A DNA stretch of 63,519 nt, filler included, from Octopus bimaculoides (Eukaryota): the NCBI RefSeq assembly GCF_001194135.2. It is 9 parts of 9 records of this genome, joined end to end, with 100 filler letters (N's around TTAATTAATTAA, not from the genome) between each part and the next. Parts side by side here need not be neighbours in the genome. Positions count along the whole stretch, not along the records: positions 5,739 to 35,048 come from NC_068982.1; 8 more parts are not named here. One strand, 5' to 3'. Positions 14,231 to 27,444 of the stretch are shown one piece after another (within the stretch, counting starts at the first letter, position 1; each line of letters begins with the position of its first letter). The translations under genes were made by a program, and so were the position numbers. Under the pieces are notes generated by a model, which worked only from the letters and a program-made list of their open reading frames with translations, did not search any database and was not told the origin of the DNA.

Positions 14231-14993
14231 GCTGATTGGCTACAAACACATACAACCCCACCCCACACACTGGCACATACACACATACATATTACAAGCA
14301 GGTTACTCATAAGTGTTACTGGTATCATGTAAACCAGTATAATCTGTTCGTGTGGGTGACACGTAAAAGCACCCACTACACTCTCTGAGTGGTTGGCATT
14401 AGGAAGGGCATCCAGCTGTAGAAACTCTGCCAAATTAGATTGGAGCCTGGTGTTGCCATCCGGTTTCACCAGTCCTCAGTCAAATCGTCCAACCCATGCT
14501 AGCATGGAAAGCGGACGTTAAACGATGATGATGATGATTTAAAGTAATTGAAAGAAACACAGACCATCTCAAAGTAAATACTGTAATGAAAGGGTTAAAG
14601 AGAGTTTGTGGCACAGGGAACCTATTCATCCTAAAAAAGAGGTCATGAAGAAGATACTATGGTTAGGTTGTGTTTGGGGCTCCCAATCTTTAGCTATGAG
14701 GATGAGAACAATTCATTATACACAGACACATTTATATATATATATGTAGAAAGAGCTGGAGCCATCATCTAATGACCATCTTCATTGCGGACATGTGTTG
14801 GAACATTTGACAGGATCCACCATATTCAAGGACTGTATTATATTCCAATGTCTCAGTTTTGGCATAGATTCTCTGGCTAGATGCCTTTCTTAATAACAGG
14901 CATTTTACAGATTCATACTGAGTCTTTTTTTTTTGTGGCACCAGTACAATTGAAGTTGCCATGCACCTAACAAGACTAAGATCCTACACACAG

Positions 14994-15057
<64 letters not shown>

Positions 15058-15746
15058 ATATACATATTTATATGCATGTATGTTTCAGGTCACTTACCTG
15101 TAGCACTCTCATGAGTGCTACAGGTTACATGGAACCCTGCACAACCTGTTGCATGACTGGGTCACTGGCAAAAAAACTGACATCTCCATTTGGCTTGCGT
15201 GGTGAGGAGGGTTGATAGAAACCCAGCACAGCAAGAATCAAAACAACACCTATCAAAAGGTTCAACGACAATCTAACAATAGCACAGGCCCTCACAAATT
15301 CTGTGTTGGCATGCTGGAAGACTGTTGGGAGCGAGGCACCCCTTAGCTTTTGTTAAAGCATGTCTTTAGAAGGTCAGTCTGATATGAAACCAAATATGCA
15401 GGGAATGGCATTGGATATTTTAGGGATCTTTTGTTTATGTGTGAGATCATGGTGCTCCCACATCCCTGAGCCTGCGACCCATATTGGCACTGGATATCTT
15501 GCCATGGCTTGTTTCTGGATCATGTTAGCAAGGTAGAGAAGATCTGCAAGGTGCTCCGCAAGATTTATTGGACCTAAAATTGTAAGTTGTGCTATTGTTA
15601 GTGAAGGTAACACTCTGATTCCCCGGTTGAGTAGGAATGTGTCATGGTGAGCATGGAAGCTGTGGATATGCATTTAGGTGAAGTCGACTGTTGGTGCAAT
15701 GATCTCATGCACAAGCATTGCTGGCATTTTGCATGAACAGTTTGTA

Positions 15747-15836
<90 letters not shown>

Positions 15837-17533
15837 GCATTATTTTTTAAGTTCTACGTAAGATTTTCATTAATTTCATAGATATTATAAGCTTCCTTCT
15901 GCAGGCCAATGATTTCCTCTGCATCTTTCCAATGGTCAATACTAAAGCATGCTTACTCACTGAAATCTATCCGTTCTTGGTACAAATAAATATCAACAAA
16001 GTGAAATTGTACTGATTGCCTTTCTCTTTAAATATCTCATGTAATCACTTGGTTCTTTATCGCTGCTGCTTTTCCATTTCCTTATTCATAACTGATTTTT
16101 GGCCAATAGCATAGATTTATCTTTTGGAATGTATTAATATTCTTGTAATATGTATATGTGTAAGTACTGTATTGTTATAATTAAGGTTTCCCAGCATTAT
16201 TCTCAAGTTGTAAGATGTTCCTTAATCTCTTGGATATTTACAGACTCCCTTTTGTATTTTTCCTTTTCATCACGGAGGTTTAGAACTGGCTACTGAAGAA
16301 TGGCTACAGGCAGCGTTTCATTTGAACAGGTATATCTTTTACTTGTTCCAGTCATTCGACTGTGGCCATGCTGGAGCATCACCTTTAGTTGAACAAATTG
16401 ACCCCCAGTACTTATTCTATCGGTCTCTTTTGCCAAACCGCTAAGTTACAGGGATGTAAATGCACCAGCATCGGTTGTCAGGTGATGGTGGACACACACA
16501 CACACATGCAGGGCTTCTTTCAGTTTCTGTCTACCAAATCCACTCACAAGGCTTTGGTCGACCCGAGGCTATAGTAGAAGACACTTTCACAAGGTGCCAT
16601 GCAGTGGGACTGAACCTGGAACCATGTGGTTGGTAAGCAAGCTACTTACCACACAGCCACGCCTGTACCTATGTGTATGATAGAATAAAAATATAAACAG
16701 ATCCACAACCAGTGCCATCTTACAAGCATTGTAGGACCTTGTGCAAATCAGTGCACAGTGCCCTATAATATTTATATACTGACAGCAAGGCAGAGCATAC
16801 ACACAGCCAAACTGGGCTTCACACCCATGGGGCCCCTGGGCAACTATCCAGTGTATCTATGCCTTAAGACAACACTACAAAACAACTGGTATTGGGTCAG
16901 ATGGTGAAAAGAAATATTCATATATTTAAACACAAAGTTTGAATTGCTACAGGAATATTGATCAAAGATTAATTGAAGAATATTCATAATGAGTATGGAA
17001 GATAGAGTATTCTCCTGGAATAATCATATGGTAAGTCTCTTCAAAATTTAATATATTAAACCAGTGTATCTTGGATAAATATCTATATAAGAGGTTGCCA
17101 GTGCCGCTGGACTGGCTCCTGTGCAGGTTGCATGTAAAATACACCATTTTGAGCATGGCCGTTGTCAGTACTGCCTGTCTGGCCTTCGTACTGGTGGCAC
17201 GTAAAAGCACCCACTACACTCTCGGAGTGGCTGGTATTTGGAAGGGCATCCAACTGTAGAAACTCTGCCAAATCAGATTGGAGCCTGGTGTAGCCATCCA
17301 GTTTCACCAGTCCTCAGTCAAATCGTCCAACCCATGCTAGCATGGAAAGCGGACGTTAAACAATGATGATGATGATGTATATATACACACACACACACAA
17401 AGTATGGGGGTTTAGTTCACAGGTGATCTAAACGATTAGGTACTCTACGTAAGTGCTGTAACAGATTATTAGGGCTCCAAGGTTATAGCTGAGATGGTAG
17501 TTATGGAGCCATTGCAGATTTCCAATATAGCAG

Positions 17534-17698
17534 ATATATAATTGTTAAAGAGGACAACAAATGTTAAGGCAAGGCAAACATCTCAAGCCGTATATGTTAT
17601 TATTATTGGAAAAAAAAATGTTCCAATAATAATATTTTATACAACTTGAGATGTTTGCCTTGCCTTAACATTTGTTGTCCTCTTTAACAATTATATAT
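17534..17698. mobile_element. Fold-back MITE-like element with 54-bp perfect inverted arms in a TA context
   Basis: 17534-17587 is the exact reverse complement of 17645-17698, and the interior is also partly self-complementary. Confidence 0.75.
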
Positions 17699-17763
17699 AT
17701 TAGACAGAATGAGATAACAAAGCCAAGGATGTGAGGAGTTTTCAGGACATTTATAATGAAATA

Positions 17764-17811
17764 GTCTTACAGCTGTTTCTGGGATATTATGGATATTCCT
17801 TCATCAGAGAC
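17764..17811 (-). ncRNA. Minimal type I hammerhead ribozyme motif (Penelope-associated type)
   Basis: GUCU-CUGAUGA-A-GGAAUAU(CCAUA)AUAUCCC-A-GAAA-C AGCU GU-A-AGAC. Both core boxes are present, stem I is GUCU/AGAC, stem II pairs 6 of 7 bp, stem III is the palindrome ACAGCUGU, and the cleavage triplet is GUA. Confidence 0.75.
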
Positions 17812-20800
17812 GTTGTGAGAAAATATTTGAGTTTGAATTATTATGGAAAAGATAGGGAATATAGACGGAAATAAGAGAATAAAAGTAGAAATAAAATATA
17901 TAAAGATATTGTAGTTGCAGTTCCAATATTCAAGGAAAATGGTGTATAGAAGTGGTAAAAAAGTCTCTTGTACATGGTATGTAAGTTCCAATAGCAGTTC
18001 ATGTTTAGTCATTTCAAAGCATGGAGTCGTGGGATCAGTGTTGCTCATTCTATGTTTGTATGTATTTATGTATGCGTGTATTACAGGATTTACATTAATT
18101 TTTCATTAAATATCATAATGGAAATGTTCAGTGAACCTGGATATTTACATAAGAGTAACTAAGCAAACAAAACAATGCTTTTGCATCTAAAGTGCTGTTC
18201 TTCCTTTTAATCAGATTAAAATCTGGGTTGCCTAGCAGCATTTCATTTGTCTTTATGTTCTGAGTTCAAATTGTACTAAAGTCAACTTTATCTTTCATCC
18301 TCCTGAGGTTGATGAAATAAGTACCAGTCATGTACTGGGTTGACTTACCCCCTCCCCTCAAAAACTACAGGCCCAGTGCCAAATTTGAAACCATTATGAA
18401 GTAAGGGTATTATCCTTTTCTTTGTTTTTTATAGAACCAGGCAATTCATCCCTACACCGATTCCATCAGATCAATAAAGTTAAAATAACACTGAAACTGC
18501 CTCTAACTAAAATCATTTAGACAAACTGAGAATTACAGGCTGTAAAAGAAGACTTCAAAACGGCAACGTCTCCAGTGGCAAATAAAAAAACAAAAAAATG
18601 GTAATCTTCACTTTTCCATTTATCAGTCATCGAGATCAAAGCAAATGCCTTTCTGAAGATGATAATAGAATAAAAAATATCCTATTGATTCTAAGTTTCA
18701 AAAGCCTTCTCACAATCAATCAAGATGCATATATAGATGTTTAACCTTTCAGCATACAAATTACTCTATTAAATGTCATACTTATTTATTTACATTTTTT
18801 TTAAATTAATCATGCACTGTCTGATAGTGTCAAGATTTCATTGCTCTCATCATCATCATCATCATCGTCGTTTAACATCCGCTTTCCATGCTAGCATGGG
18901 TTGAACAGTTTGACTGAGGACTGGTGAGCCAGAGGGCTGCACCAGGCTCCAATCTGATCTGGCAAAGTTTCTACAACTGGATGCCCTTCCTAACACCAAC
19001 CACTCTGAGAGTGTAGTGGGTGCTTTTTACATGCCACCGGCACGAGGGCCAGTCAGATGGTTCTGGCAACGACCATGCTCAAATGGTGTTTTTTACATGC
19101 TACCTGCACAGGAGCCAGTCTGGTGGCACTGGCACACAACCACACTCAAATGTTGTTTTACATGTGCCAGTAAGGCGACACTGGCAATGATCACGCTCGA
19201 ATGGTGCATTTTACGTGGCCCTGGCAACGATCACTCTCGGATGTGCTTTAAACGTTCAACTGGCTCAAGTGCCAATCAGACGATACTGTCATTGACCACG
19301 TCAGCGATTTTGATTTCACTAGCCTCAATAGGTCTTCGCAAGCAAAGTTTATCATCCAATGAATGAGGGGCATTCATAAATGGGCTGGTTACACCCACTG
19401 ACATAGGCCATGGGCTATAGCCTAACTTGGCTTGTTAGAATATTTGGGCCGGATATGGTCAGCTTAAATGCTAAAGGACAAACCGTTCTGGTAGGGGCCT
19501 TGAAATCTTTATATGTCTTGTTGTGACATCATTCCCTTAACTGATTATCAAACATTACATCCACTTTCACTGATTATGTACAACATTGGTTAATCTTGTC
19601 CACAGAAAGAAAACACAATGTCATTGAAATATTGAAGTATAACATAATGACAGCCAGAAAGGGTCTAGTGAGATTCGTTATGTTTAGGAGTTTAATGTAT
19701 GCAAGATAGCTGTCAAATTGCTGTCAGATCACATTGTCCTTCTTGAAAAACAGAAGGACAATGCAGCCACACATATGTAAAAGAAAATGGGATATGCAAA
19801 GATGTAATGCCTTTCATCATAGGCCTGCCCATTCAAGGCTTACTCGGGGCTAAACAACAACAATGATGATGTAGGTGGTGGCAATGATGATGATGATGAC
19901 AACAACTTCAACAACTATTGATAAAATGCATGAACAGGTTGACATTTATAGTCTGTGTTTGAATGAAATAACACATATCTTGATTGATTCTGAATATAAT
20001 ACGCGAGAATATGAAAATTGCGCTGATAATGGAACTGAAACTTTGGGGAATTTCCCAAGCAGTAGAGTTACTGACCCAACAGTTTTCCTAACGCAATAAA
20101 CAAATATTTTCCCAAAATTCGTTACACATTAACTAGCTTATGAAATTTGCTTCAAAGTTTTATAGGTGAGCTGAAAAATAATATCATTCCCTCTGCAAAT
20201 CAATAAATGGAATTAAAAAAGCCAAAAAAATCTACAAGAAATATAGTTTAAGAGTACATGCTTAAAATAGCTGAATATACCAAATCTTTATCAGCTGCAA
20301 AATGTTTAAAGAAATCCTATATTAATTTAGTATTTTGGGAAGAGATAAGTGAAGCTTTGCTCAGAAGAAGTAGCTGACTAGTTTTAGAGTTTATGGTGTA
20401 AATACGCAATTTAAAACGGATCATTTGAAGATTAGTAGAAAGGTAATATAGTTATGCAATATTAGAGGAATGCATTGACAAATATTCAAGCACCTTTGTG
20501 GATTTGTTAAAATAGATTAGTTGCGCAAATATCTGGCTGATATTCAAACAGATTTCCCCATACGCTTCCCTTATCAACTTCATTAACATCATCAGCAATA
20601 GTATATCAGGTCCATTTTCCCTGACCGGCTCAGCCAAACCTGTTCACAACAACACCTCATTCTTTGCCAATTTTGGAATCGGTATTGGATTACTAGCTTA
20701 AAAGCTTATGAGTTCAAACCTACTGGAAACATTTTGTTGTATAATTTGACAAAATAATAATTCATACCACAGTTTATGTAGTTGTTCAGATATCTTTTTT

Positions 20801-23158
20801 AAGTTTTGTTTGTTTCAGCTATTGGACTGTGACCATGCTGGGGCATCACCTTGAAGGGTTCTAGTCAAAAATATCAGTCCCAGTATTATTTTTTAAAATG
20901 TGATGCTTATACCATGATTGTTTTTGCCAAACAACTAAGTTACAGGGACAATACTAGTTGTCAAGTGGTGGGACACACAGACACACATTCATATATATAT
21001 ATATGCATATGTGTGTGTGTGTATAGATTGTTTGAAGTGGTTTTATATATTAAGAAAAAGGTGGGAGCTTCCCAGTTCAATTTCAGATTTTTTCAACTTA
21101 TATATATGCATAAAAGGCATAAGTTTTCTGTAAAAAAAAAATCATTCCTGATGAATCTTTGAAATGAAATGAAAGCACTGAATAAATAGGTAACCAAAAT
21201 TCTTACTACCTTCTTTTCATTAATATGTGTGTGTCATCATCATCATCGTTTAACGTCTGCTTTCCTTGCTGGCATGGGTTGGAGAGTTTAACTGGGAACT
21301 GGCAAGCCAGAAGTCTGTACCAGGCGCCAATCGGATCTGGCAAGGTTTCCACAGCTGGATGCCCTTCCCCTAATGCCAACCACTCTGAGAGTGTAGCGGG
21401 TGCTTTTTACATGCCACTGGCACGGGAGCCAGTCAGGCGGCACTGGCATCGACCACACTTAGATGGTGCTTTTTATGTGCTACCAGCATGGGAGCCAGTC
21501 AGAGGACACTGGCATCGGTCACTTTCAAATGATGCTTTTTACATGCCACCGACACGGGGAGCCAATCAGACGGCACTGGCATCAACCCATGCCTGAATGG
21601 TGCTTCGGTCGATGCCAGTGCCACCTAAATGGCTTCCTTTGAAGTGTGTGTTTATATATATATATGTGTGTGTGTAGGCATGAAGGCACATGGTCCAGTG
21701 GTTAGGGTGTTACAGAATGCCTTTCATCCTTTCGGGGTCAATTAAACAAGTACCAGTTGAGTATTAAGGGTCGATGTAATTGACCAGTCCCCCTCCCCCA
21801 AAATTTCAGGCCTTGCGCCTAGAGTAGAAAGGATTATTATACTATTTATTAACTGACTATGATTTTTCTAGGACCAACTACATTACCAAGGTAATGGAAC
21901 TCTACAATTACAAATGTACTCTAAGAGTAGCTTTGCACCGGATTTTGGTTTATTGCATATCAGTCAAATATACAGATAACATATCAATGTTTAATCACAT
22001 TTTGCCTCTTTATTTACTAAATATGGACACTATCTTAATAATTTAGCTGACCATGTATGGACATCTTAATAGTTTAACTAATCGCTAATATTCAACTTAG
22101 ACAAACAGCTGTAATACAAATTATTGTTCAGTTGTCCTATTTCTATCATATGCTCTCGCTGCTTGATTGAGCATAGCTGTGTGTGTTTTGGATGAATGCA
22201 GTCTTTTGTTTAGGTTTAATCTTTTCTACTCTAGGCACAAGGCCTGACATTTTTGGGGGAGGGTGCCAGTCGATCAGATTGACCCCAGTACGCAACTGGT
22301 ACTTAATTTATCGACCCTGAATGGATGAAAGGTAAAGTCGACCTCAGCGGAATTTGAACCCAGATCATAAAGACAGACGAGATATTGCTAAGCATTTCGC
22401 CCGGCGTGCTAACGTTTCTGCCAGCTCGCCACCTTACTTTGTTTAGGTTTAATAATTGTTAAAGCTGTCTCTTCCATCTCTAAACATATCCCCTGACACT
22501 CTTATGGCACACACCCCCCTCTCTTCCCCTCTACTACTTATACTCGCTACCACCACTGTTCACAGACCCCAATACATCTCCAACATCATCTCTTTCTCTC
22601 CCTCACTCAGACTGTCTTTCTTTCTTCCTTTCTCTCTCTCCCATCTTCCTTGTCCTACTGGGGGTGGCCAAGGATCCCCCTCTATAGTAAGACAGCAATC
22701 TCTGTCCCTCTATCTTACTCTAACCTCTTGCTTGACACACAACCACTTCCTTCGGTTCTGCTCCCTCTCTTATTTAAGGGGTCTTTGTCTTGCAAGTTAC
22801 TTGGTGACCCTGCTGGTACTGGTGCCATGTAAAAAGCAATTGTGCCAGTACCACATGAAAAGCACCCACTTTACACTCTGTAAAGTGGTTGGCATTAGGA
22901 AGGGCATCCAGCCAACTGCACCAAAACAAACAATGAAACCAGGTGCAGTCCCTTAGTTCACCAGCATCCACCTCATGAAAGCCTGGAAAATGGATGTTTG
23001 ATGATGACGTAACACAGATTATTTTCCTCACAGATAGTGGTTTCCATCTTTTCTCAGAATTACCACATGGAACTCTTTGATGTTGAAACTAAGAAAACTG
23101 AATAAATTTTTTCAGGTAGAATTCAAAAACTGTCAAAGAAATTAATTACTTTTCTTAC

Positions 23159-23248
23159 CTTATTCTCATCAAAGACATTGAAGACAAATGCAGCGAATTT
23201 GCTAGGATCACCAAATGGGAAGAACTGACGGTATATTTTTGTAAATCC
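23159..23248 (-). CDS. NCS1: Neuronal calcium sensor-1/frequenin coding exon, 90 nt
   Basis: Minus strand reads cttcttttacag|GGATTTACA...GAGAATAAG|gtaaga = [30 protein letters not shown]. It joins the 8632 exon in phase 0 (DENK|DGYIEF) and matches NCS-1 [30 protein letters not shown]. Confidence 0.96.
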
Positions 23249-24293
23249 CTGTAAAAGAAGAAAAAGAAAGGAAATATCAAAACACCAGTTCTAGTGGATT
23301 TTGAAATGCATTTCTTACCCAAAAATTCCAGTCAAGAAAAGATAAGTTAAAAACTAAATTAATTATAAAACCAATGTCTTTTATAGCTGAAAGAAATAAT
23401 GAACTTTTAAAAAATTTAACAGAAAGTCATAAATTCCTTAAATTGATAAATGGAAGTTTATAGTTTATAGAATTGAATCCAGTAGAACAAACGCAAGAGG
23501 GAGAGCTGATTCCAGTCATATTTCAATTTAGACTTCCCTTCCTTGTTAGTCCAGTATTGTACCATTTTCTAAGGCGGCGAGCTGGCAGAACCGTTAGCAC
23601 GCAGGGCGAAATGCTTAACGGTATTTCATCTGTCTTTACATTCTGAGTTCAAATTCTGCCGGGGTTGACTTTGCTTTTCATCCTTTCGGGGGTCAATAAA
23701 CTAAGTACCAGTTGCATACTGAGGTCGATCTAATTGACTGGGCCCCCTCCCCAAAAATTTCAAGCCTTGTGCCTAGAGTAGAAAAGAGTATTATTTCTAC
23801 TACAGTGAAGGCACATGGTTTGGTGGTTAGAATATTCAGCTTACAACTGTAAGGGCTTGAGTTCAATTCCTGGCAGTGTGCTGTGTCCTTGGACAAGAAA
23901 CTTTATTTCATGTTAATTCCATCCACTCAGTTGGAAAGGCTGTGCAGTAACTGTAGTTCAAAGAGAGGGTTACACTATAAATGTCAAATAGCTTTGTTAA
24001 AGTTTATCCTCCCTAGAGCAAATACAGTGTAGCAGATAGTACCTTCTTCCTTCCAGTAACTCGTATACTACCACCATCTATGACATAGCGTCATCATTTG
24101 CAGTGAGTTCATATCCTACTATGACACTATCTTATTTATTCGCTAAGGTATTCCGATATTTTTTTCTTATGCATACATACTCTTGTACTGCATAGCACCT
24201 AGGGCAAGACTCTTCTACTATAGCCTCAGGCCAACCTAAGCCTTGTGAGTAGATTTGGTAGATGGAAACTGAAAGAAGCCTACCATATATATA

Positions 24294-24529
24294 CAGGGTG
24301 GCCCAAAAGTAGGTTTACAGTTATTCAACTATCTCTTTCGCATTCATATATTAACAGTTTAGATCTTAATTATAAAAAAACTATGAAACCATTATTTTAT
24401 GCTAATTTAGTTAATTTTGTCAAACTCCCTTTTCTGTTTGTAAGATAGAAATTTAAATGTAATAAAATGTTTTAAAAGAAATTTCAAGTGCCTCCGTGAT
24501 AACTGTAAACCTGCTTTTGGGCCATCCTG
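24294..24529. mobile_element. Tc1/mariner-type MITE, 236 bp, about 31-bp TIRs, TA target site duplication
   Basis: ta|CAGGGTGGCCCAAAAGTAGGTTTACAGTTAT...ATAACTGTAAACCTGCTTTTGGGCCATCCTG|ta, inserted into the TA run of a family B SINE. Confidence 0.9.
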
Positions 24530-27262
24530 TATATGTATGTGTTTGTTGCCTCATCATCACTTGACAACTTATACTGGTGTGTTTATGTCCCTGTAACTTA
24601 GTGGTTTGGCAAAAGGGTCCGACAGAATAAGTACCAGGTTTACAAAGAATAACTCCAGGGATTGATTACATTGACTAAAAAGTGGTGCTCCAGCATGGCC
24701 ACAGTCAAAATGACTGAAACAAGTAAAAGAAAAGAAGAATACTACACGGTGTATGCTTTAAATTGATATTCTCATGCATAAAGATGGTTGTGTGCTTGTT
24801 TGTTTTTGTCGTGTGTGTGTTGGGGAAGAAATTAAAAAAAAATTCTATCAAAACATATCTAAATTTATATCATGGAAATCAACAGGAAATTAAGTTTTCT
24901 ATTACAGATTTCCACATCATGGCAAGATTTTGAAGAACACAGAATTCCATAACTTTGGTAATGCCTGTAACTTGAGACTCTGTACAAGAAACAATACCCA
25001 TCAGAAGAACCTACTAGAAACTGTACATGGATTCAGCAAAAATATCGAAAAAGAGTTTAAAATTAAACAACTTTACCGAAGAAGTAGGGGTAAATTTAAA
25101 CTCCAAATATTAAGGAAGATTTAGACATTCAAATCAGAGAATTAGAAAAATATTTTGAAGTAAATGGAACTGATAAGATATGACATGAAGAAAAAAAAAA
25201 GAGAAAAATAAGAAATAGTATTCATGAGAGTCAAAAACCAAACTCGATGCCAGGAAGGTTATGGTTAAAAATACACTAATAGAAACTATTAGTTTAATCT
25301 TTTATCTTTTACTTGTTTTAGTCATAAGACTGCAACCATGCTGGGGTATCACCTGGAAGAATTTTTAGTTGAATGGATTAACCCCCCCCCCCACTCCAGG
25401 ACTTGTTTTGTATTTTAAGTCTGGTATTTATTCTATCAATCCCTTTCGATGAACTGCTAAGTTACAGGGATGTAACCACACAAATACTGGTCAAGCAGCA
25501 GTGGGGGACACGAAATGCTGAATGGTATTTTGTCTGCCGTTACATTCTGAGTTCAAATTCCGCCGAGGTCGACTTACCTTCCATCCTTTCAGGGTCAACT
25601 AAATAAGTACCAGTTACATANNNNNNNNNNCCTTCCATCCTTTCAGGGTCAACTAAATAAGTACCAGTTACATACTGAGGTCGATGTAATAGACATAATC
25701 CTTTTCTTTGTCCTCTCTATGTTTAGTCCCCCATGTGCAATAAAGAAACAAAAAAGAATGAGTTGTACCTGTAATTCAAAAGGCCCAGCTTTGTCACATT
25801 ATGTGCCATGTTGGAATCTTCCTGAGAACCATGTTATGGGTACATGGGTCTCAACGTTCATCGTTTAACGTCCGCTTTCCAGGCTGGCATGGGTCGAACG
25901 GTTTGACTGGGGACTAGTGAGCCAGATGGCTGCACCAGGCTCCAATCTGATCTGGCAGAGTTTCTACAGCTGGATGCCCTTCCTAATGCCATCCACTCCA
26001 AGAGTGTAGTGGGTGCTTTTACATGCCGCCGACATGAGGGCCAGTCATGGGGTTCTGGCAACAGCCATGCTCAAAATGGTGTTTTCCATGTACCACCAGC
26101 ACAAGTGCCAGTAATGCGACGCTGGTAATCATCACGCTCAAATCTGTGGACATTAATCTCATGAGCAGGCTGTTCTATTGTCAGGTCAACTGGAACCCTC
26201 ATCGTTGTAACAAATGGTGTGCCAGTGCCATTTAAATGAGCAGAGTTTCATTAGAATGTATAACAAAATATTTTTCCAGTGTTTGTTTCAGCTTTCTGGG
26301 CTGCAATTTCAAATCCTGTTGAAGCTAGCTTTAATGATCCTGCCAACCCACCACCTTCAACTGGACTTGCAACATCACTTCATTTCATGTTGCTCCAGTC
26401 CACTCGGAAATGAGTAATCCTATGATGGGACCGGTGTCTCATCCAGGGGCAGGGATATATAAACATGGCAGAATCCTGGAAACTGGGTTGTAGGAGCCTA
26501 TGGCTCGGGAAGGACCTTTCATCCTTTTTGACATATAAATGTGCAGATAGGACACAATTTGATTTTCATTCTTTTAATCAACATGTTAACCTGCATGGCA
26601 TTTATCGACCAAATCTTGCTCTAGCTAGAAATTCCCCCTCCCCCCACACACAGGAAAATGATTGAATGTATAAGGGAATGGTGGGTGTGTAGGGAGTCAT
26701 GACACTTACCAATCCATAAGTGTTAGCGTTATAAACAATATGTTCATTATGGCAAACATAAAAACGAAAATGAATTGAATTCTGATCCAAAACAAATATA
26801 CCTTAGATAATACATGACCTAATGTATTTATACATAAACACATGCTACAAGTGTGAAACATGTATGCCCAGTTCCCTGTTGGCTGACTCTAATCCTCAAT
26901 ATTTATTATATTTCTAATTATGTCTAATGGCATCATTAGATGCTGCCATTAGACATAATTAGATATAACGTTACTCAATCAGAAATGGCAATTCAAAAAA
27001 CACTAATTACTCTTTTCATTCTGAGTGTAGATCATAGAAACACATTGCTATGATATCAATGGTTCTGAGATTTTTCCTGACTGTAATGGGAATGACTAGG
27101 ATTGTTACAGATGGAAGTTTTTTTGGTTTTAATTTAAATGCAACACAACAACCTCCTAAGCAGACTGAGTGCAGATATGAACAGCATATGGGAACCGGTA
27201 TTAAGGAAGGAGAGGAAAATATTTGATTTATAAGCCCTAAAATTCAATCCATAATTACCTAC

Positions 27263-27444
27263 GGGCATATTGCATAGTGGTTAAGAGTGTGGGCTACTAA
27301 CCCCAAGATTCCGAGTTCAATTCCAGGCAGTGACCTTAATAATAATAACAACAACATCAAAAAAAACCTTAGGAATGAGAACCCAGGTTCAAAATTTCCC
27401 CAAGATGCCTGATGAAGGCTGAAGGGTATATCAGCCGAAACTTT
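27263..27444 (+). mobile_element. tRNA-headed, hammerhead-tailed SINE (family H), 3'-truncated copy
   Basis: Same head and body as the copies at 31451-31926. CUGAUGA-A-GGCUG..CAGCC-GAAAC is present, then similarity ends. Confidence 0.85.

Noticed and set aside
19016-19330. CRISPR-like regularly spaced repeats
   Set aside because: The units are contiguous degenerate tandem repeats inside a eukaryotic SINE, with no unique spacers or cas genes.
20452-20700. Open frames on both strands (AEPVRENGPDILLL... / ISCANIWLIF...)
   Set aside because: No family recognised, weak splice signals, and it does not fit NCS-1 between the two in-phase exons.
21146-21185. CTGATGA followed by GAAA repeats as a possible hammerhead
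   Set aside because: No convincing stem II, stem III or stem I pairing.
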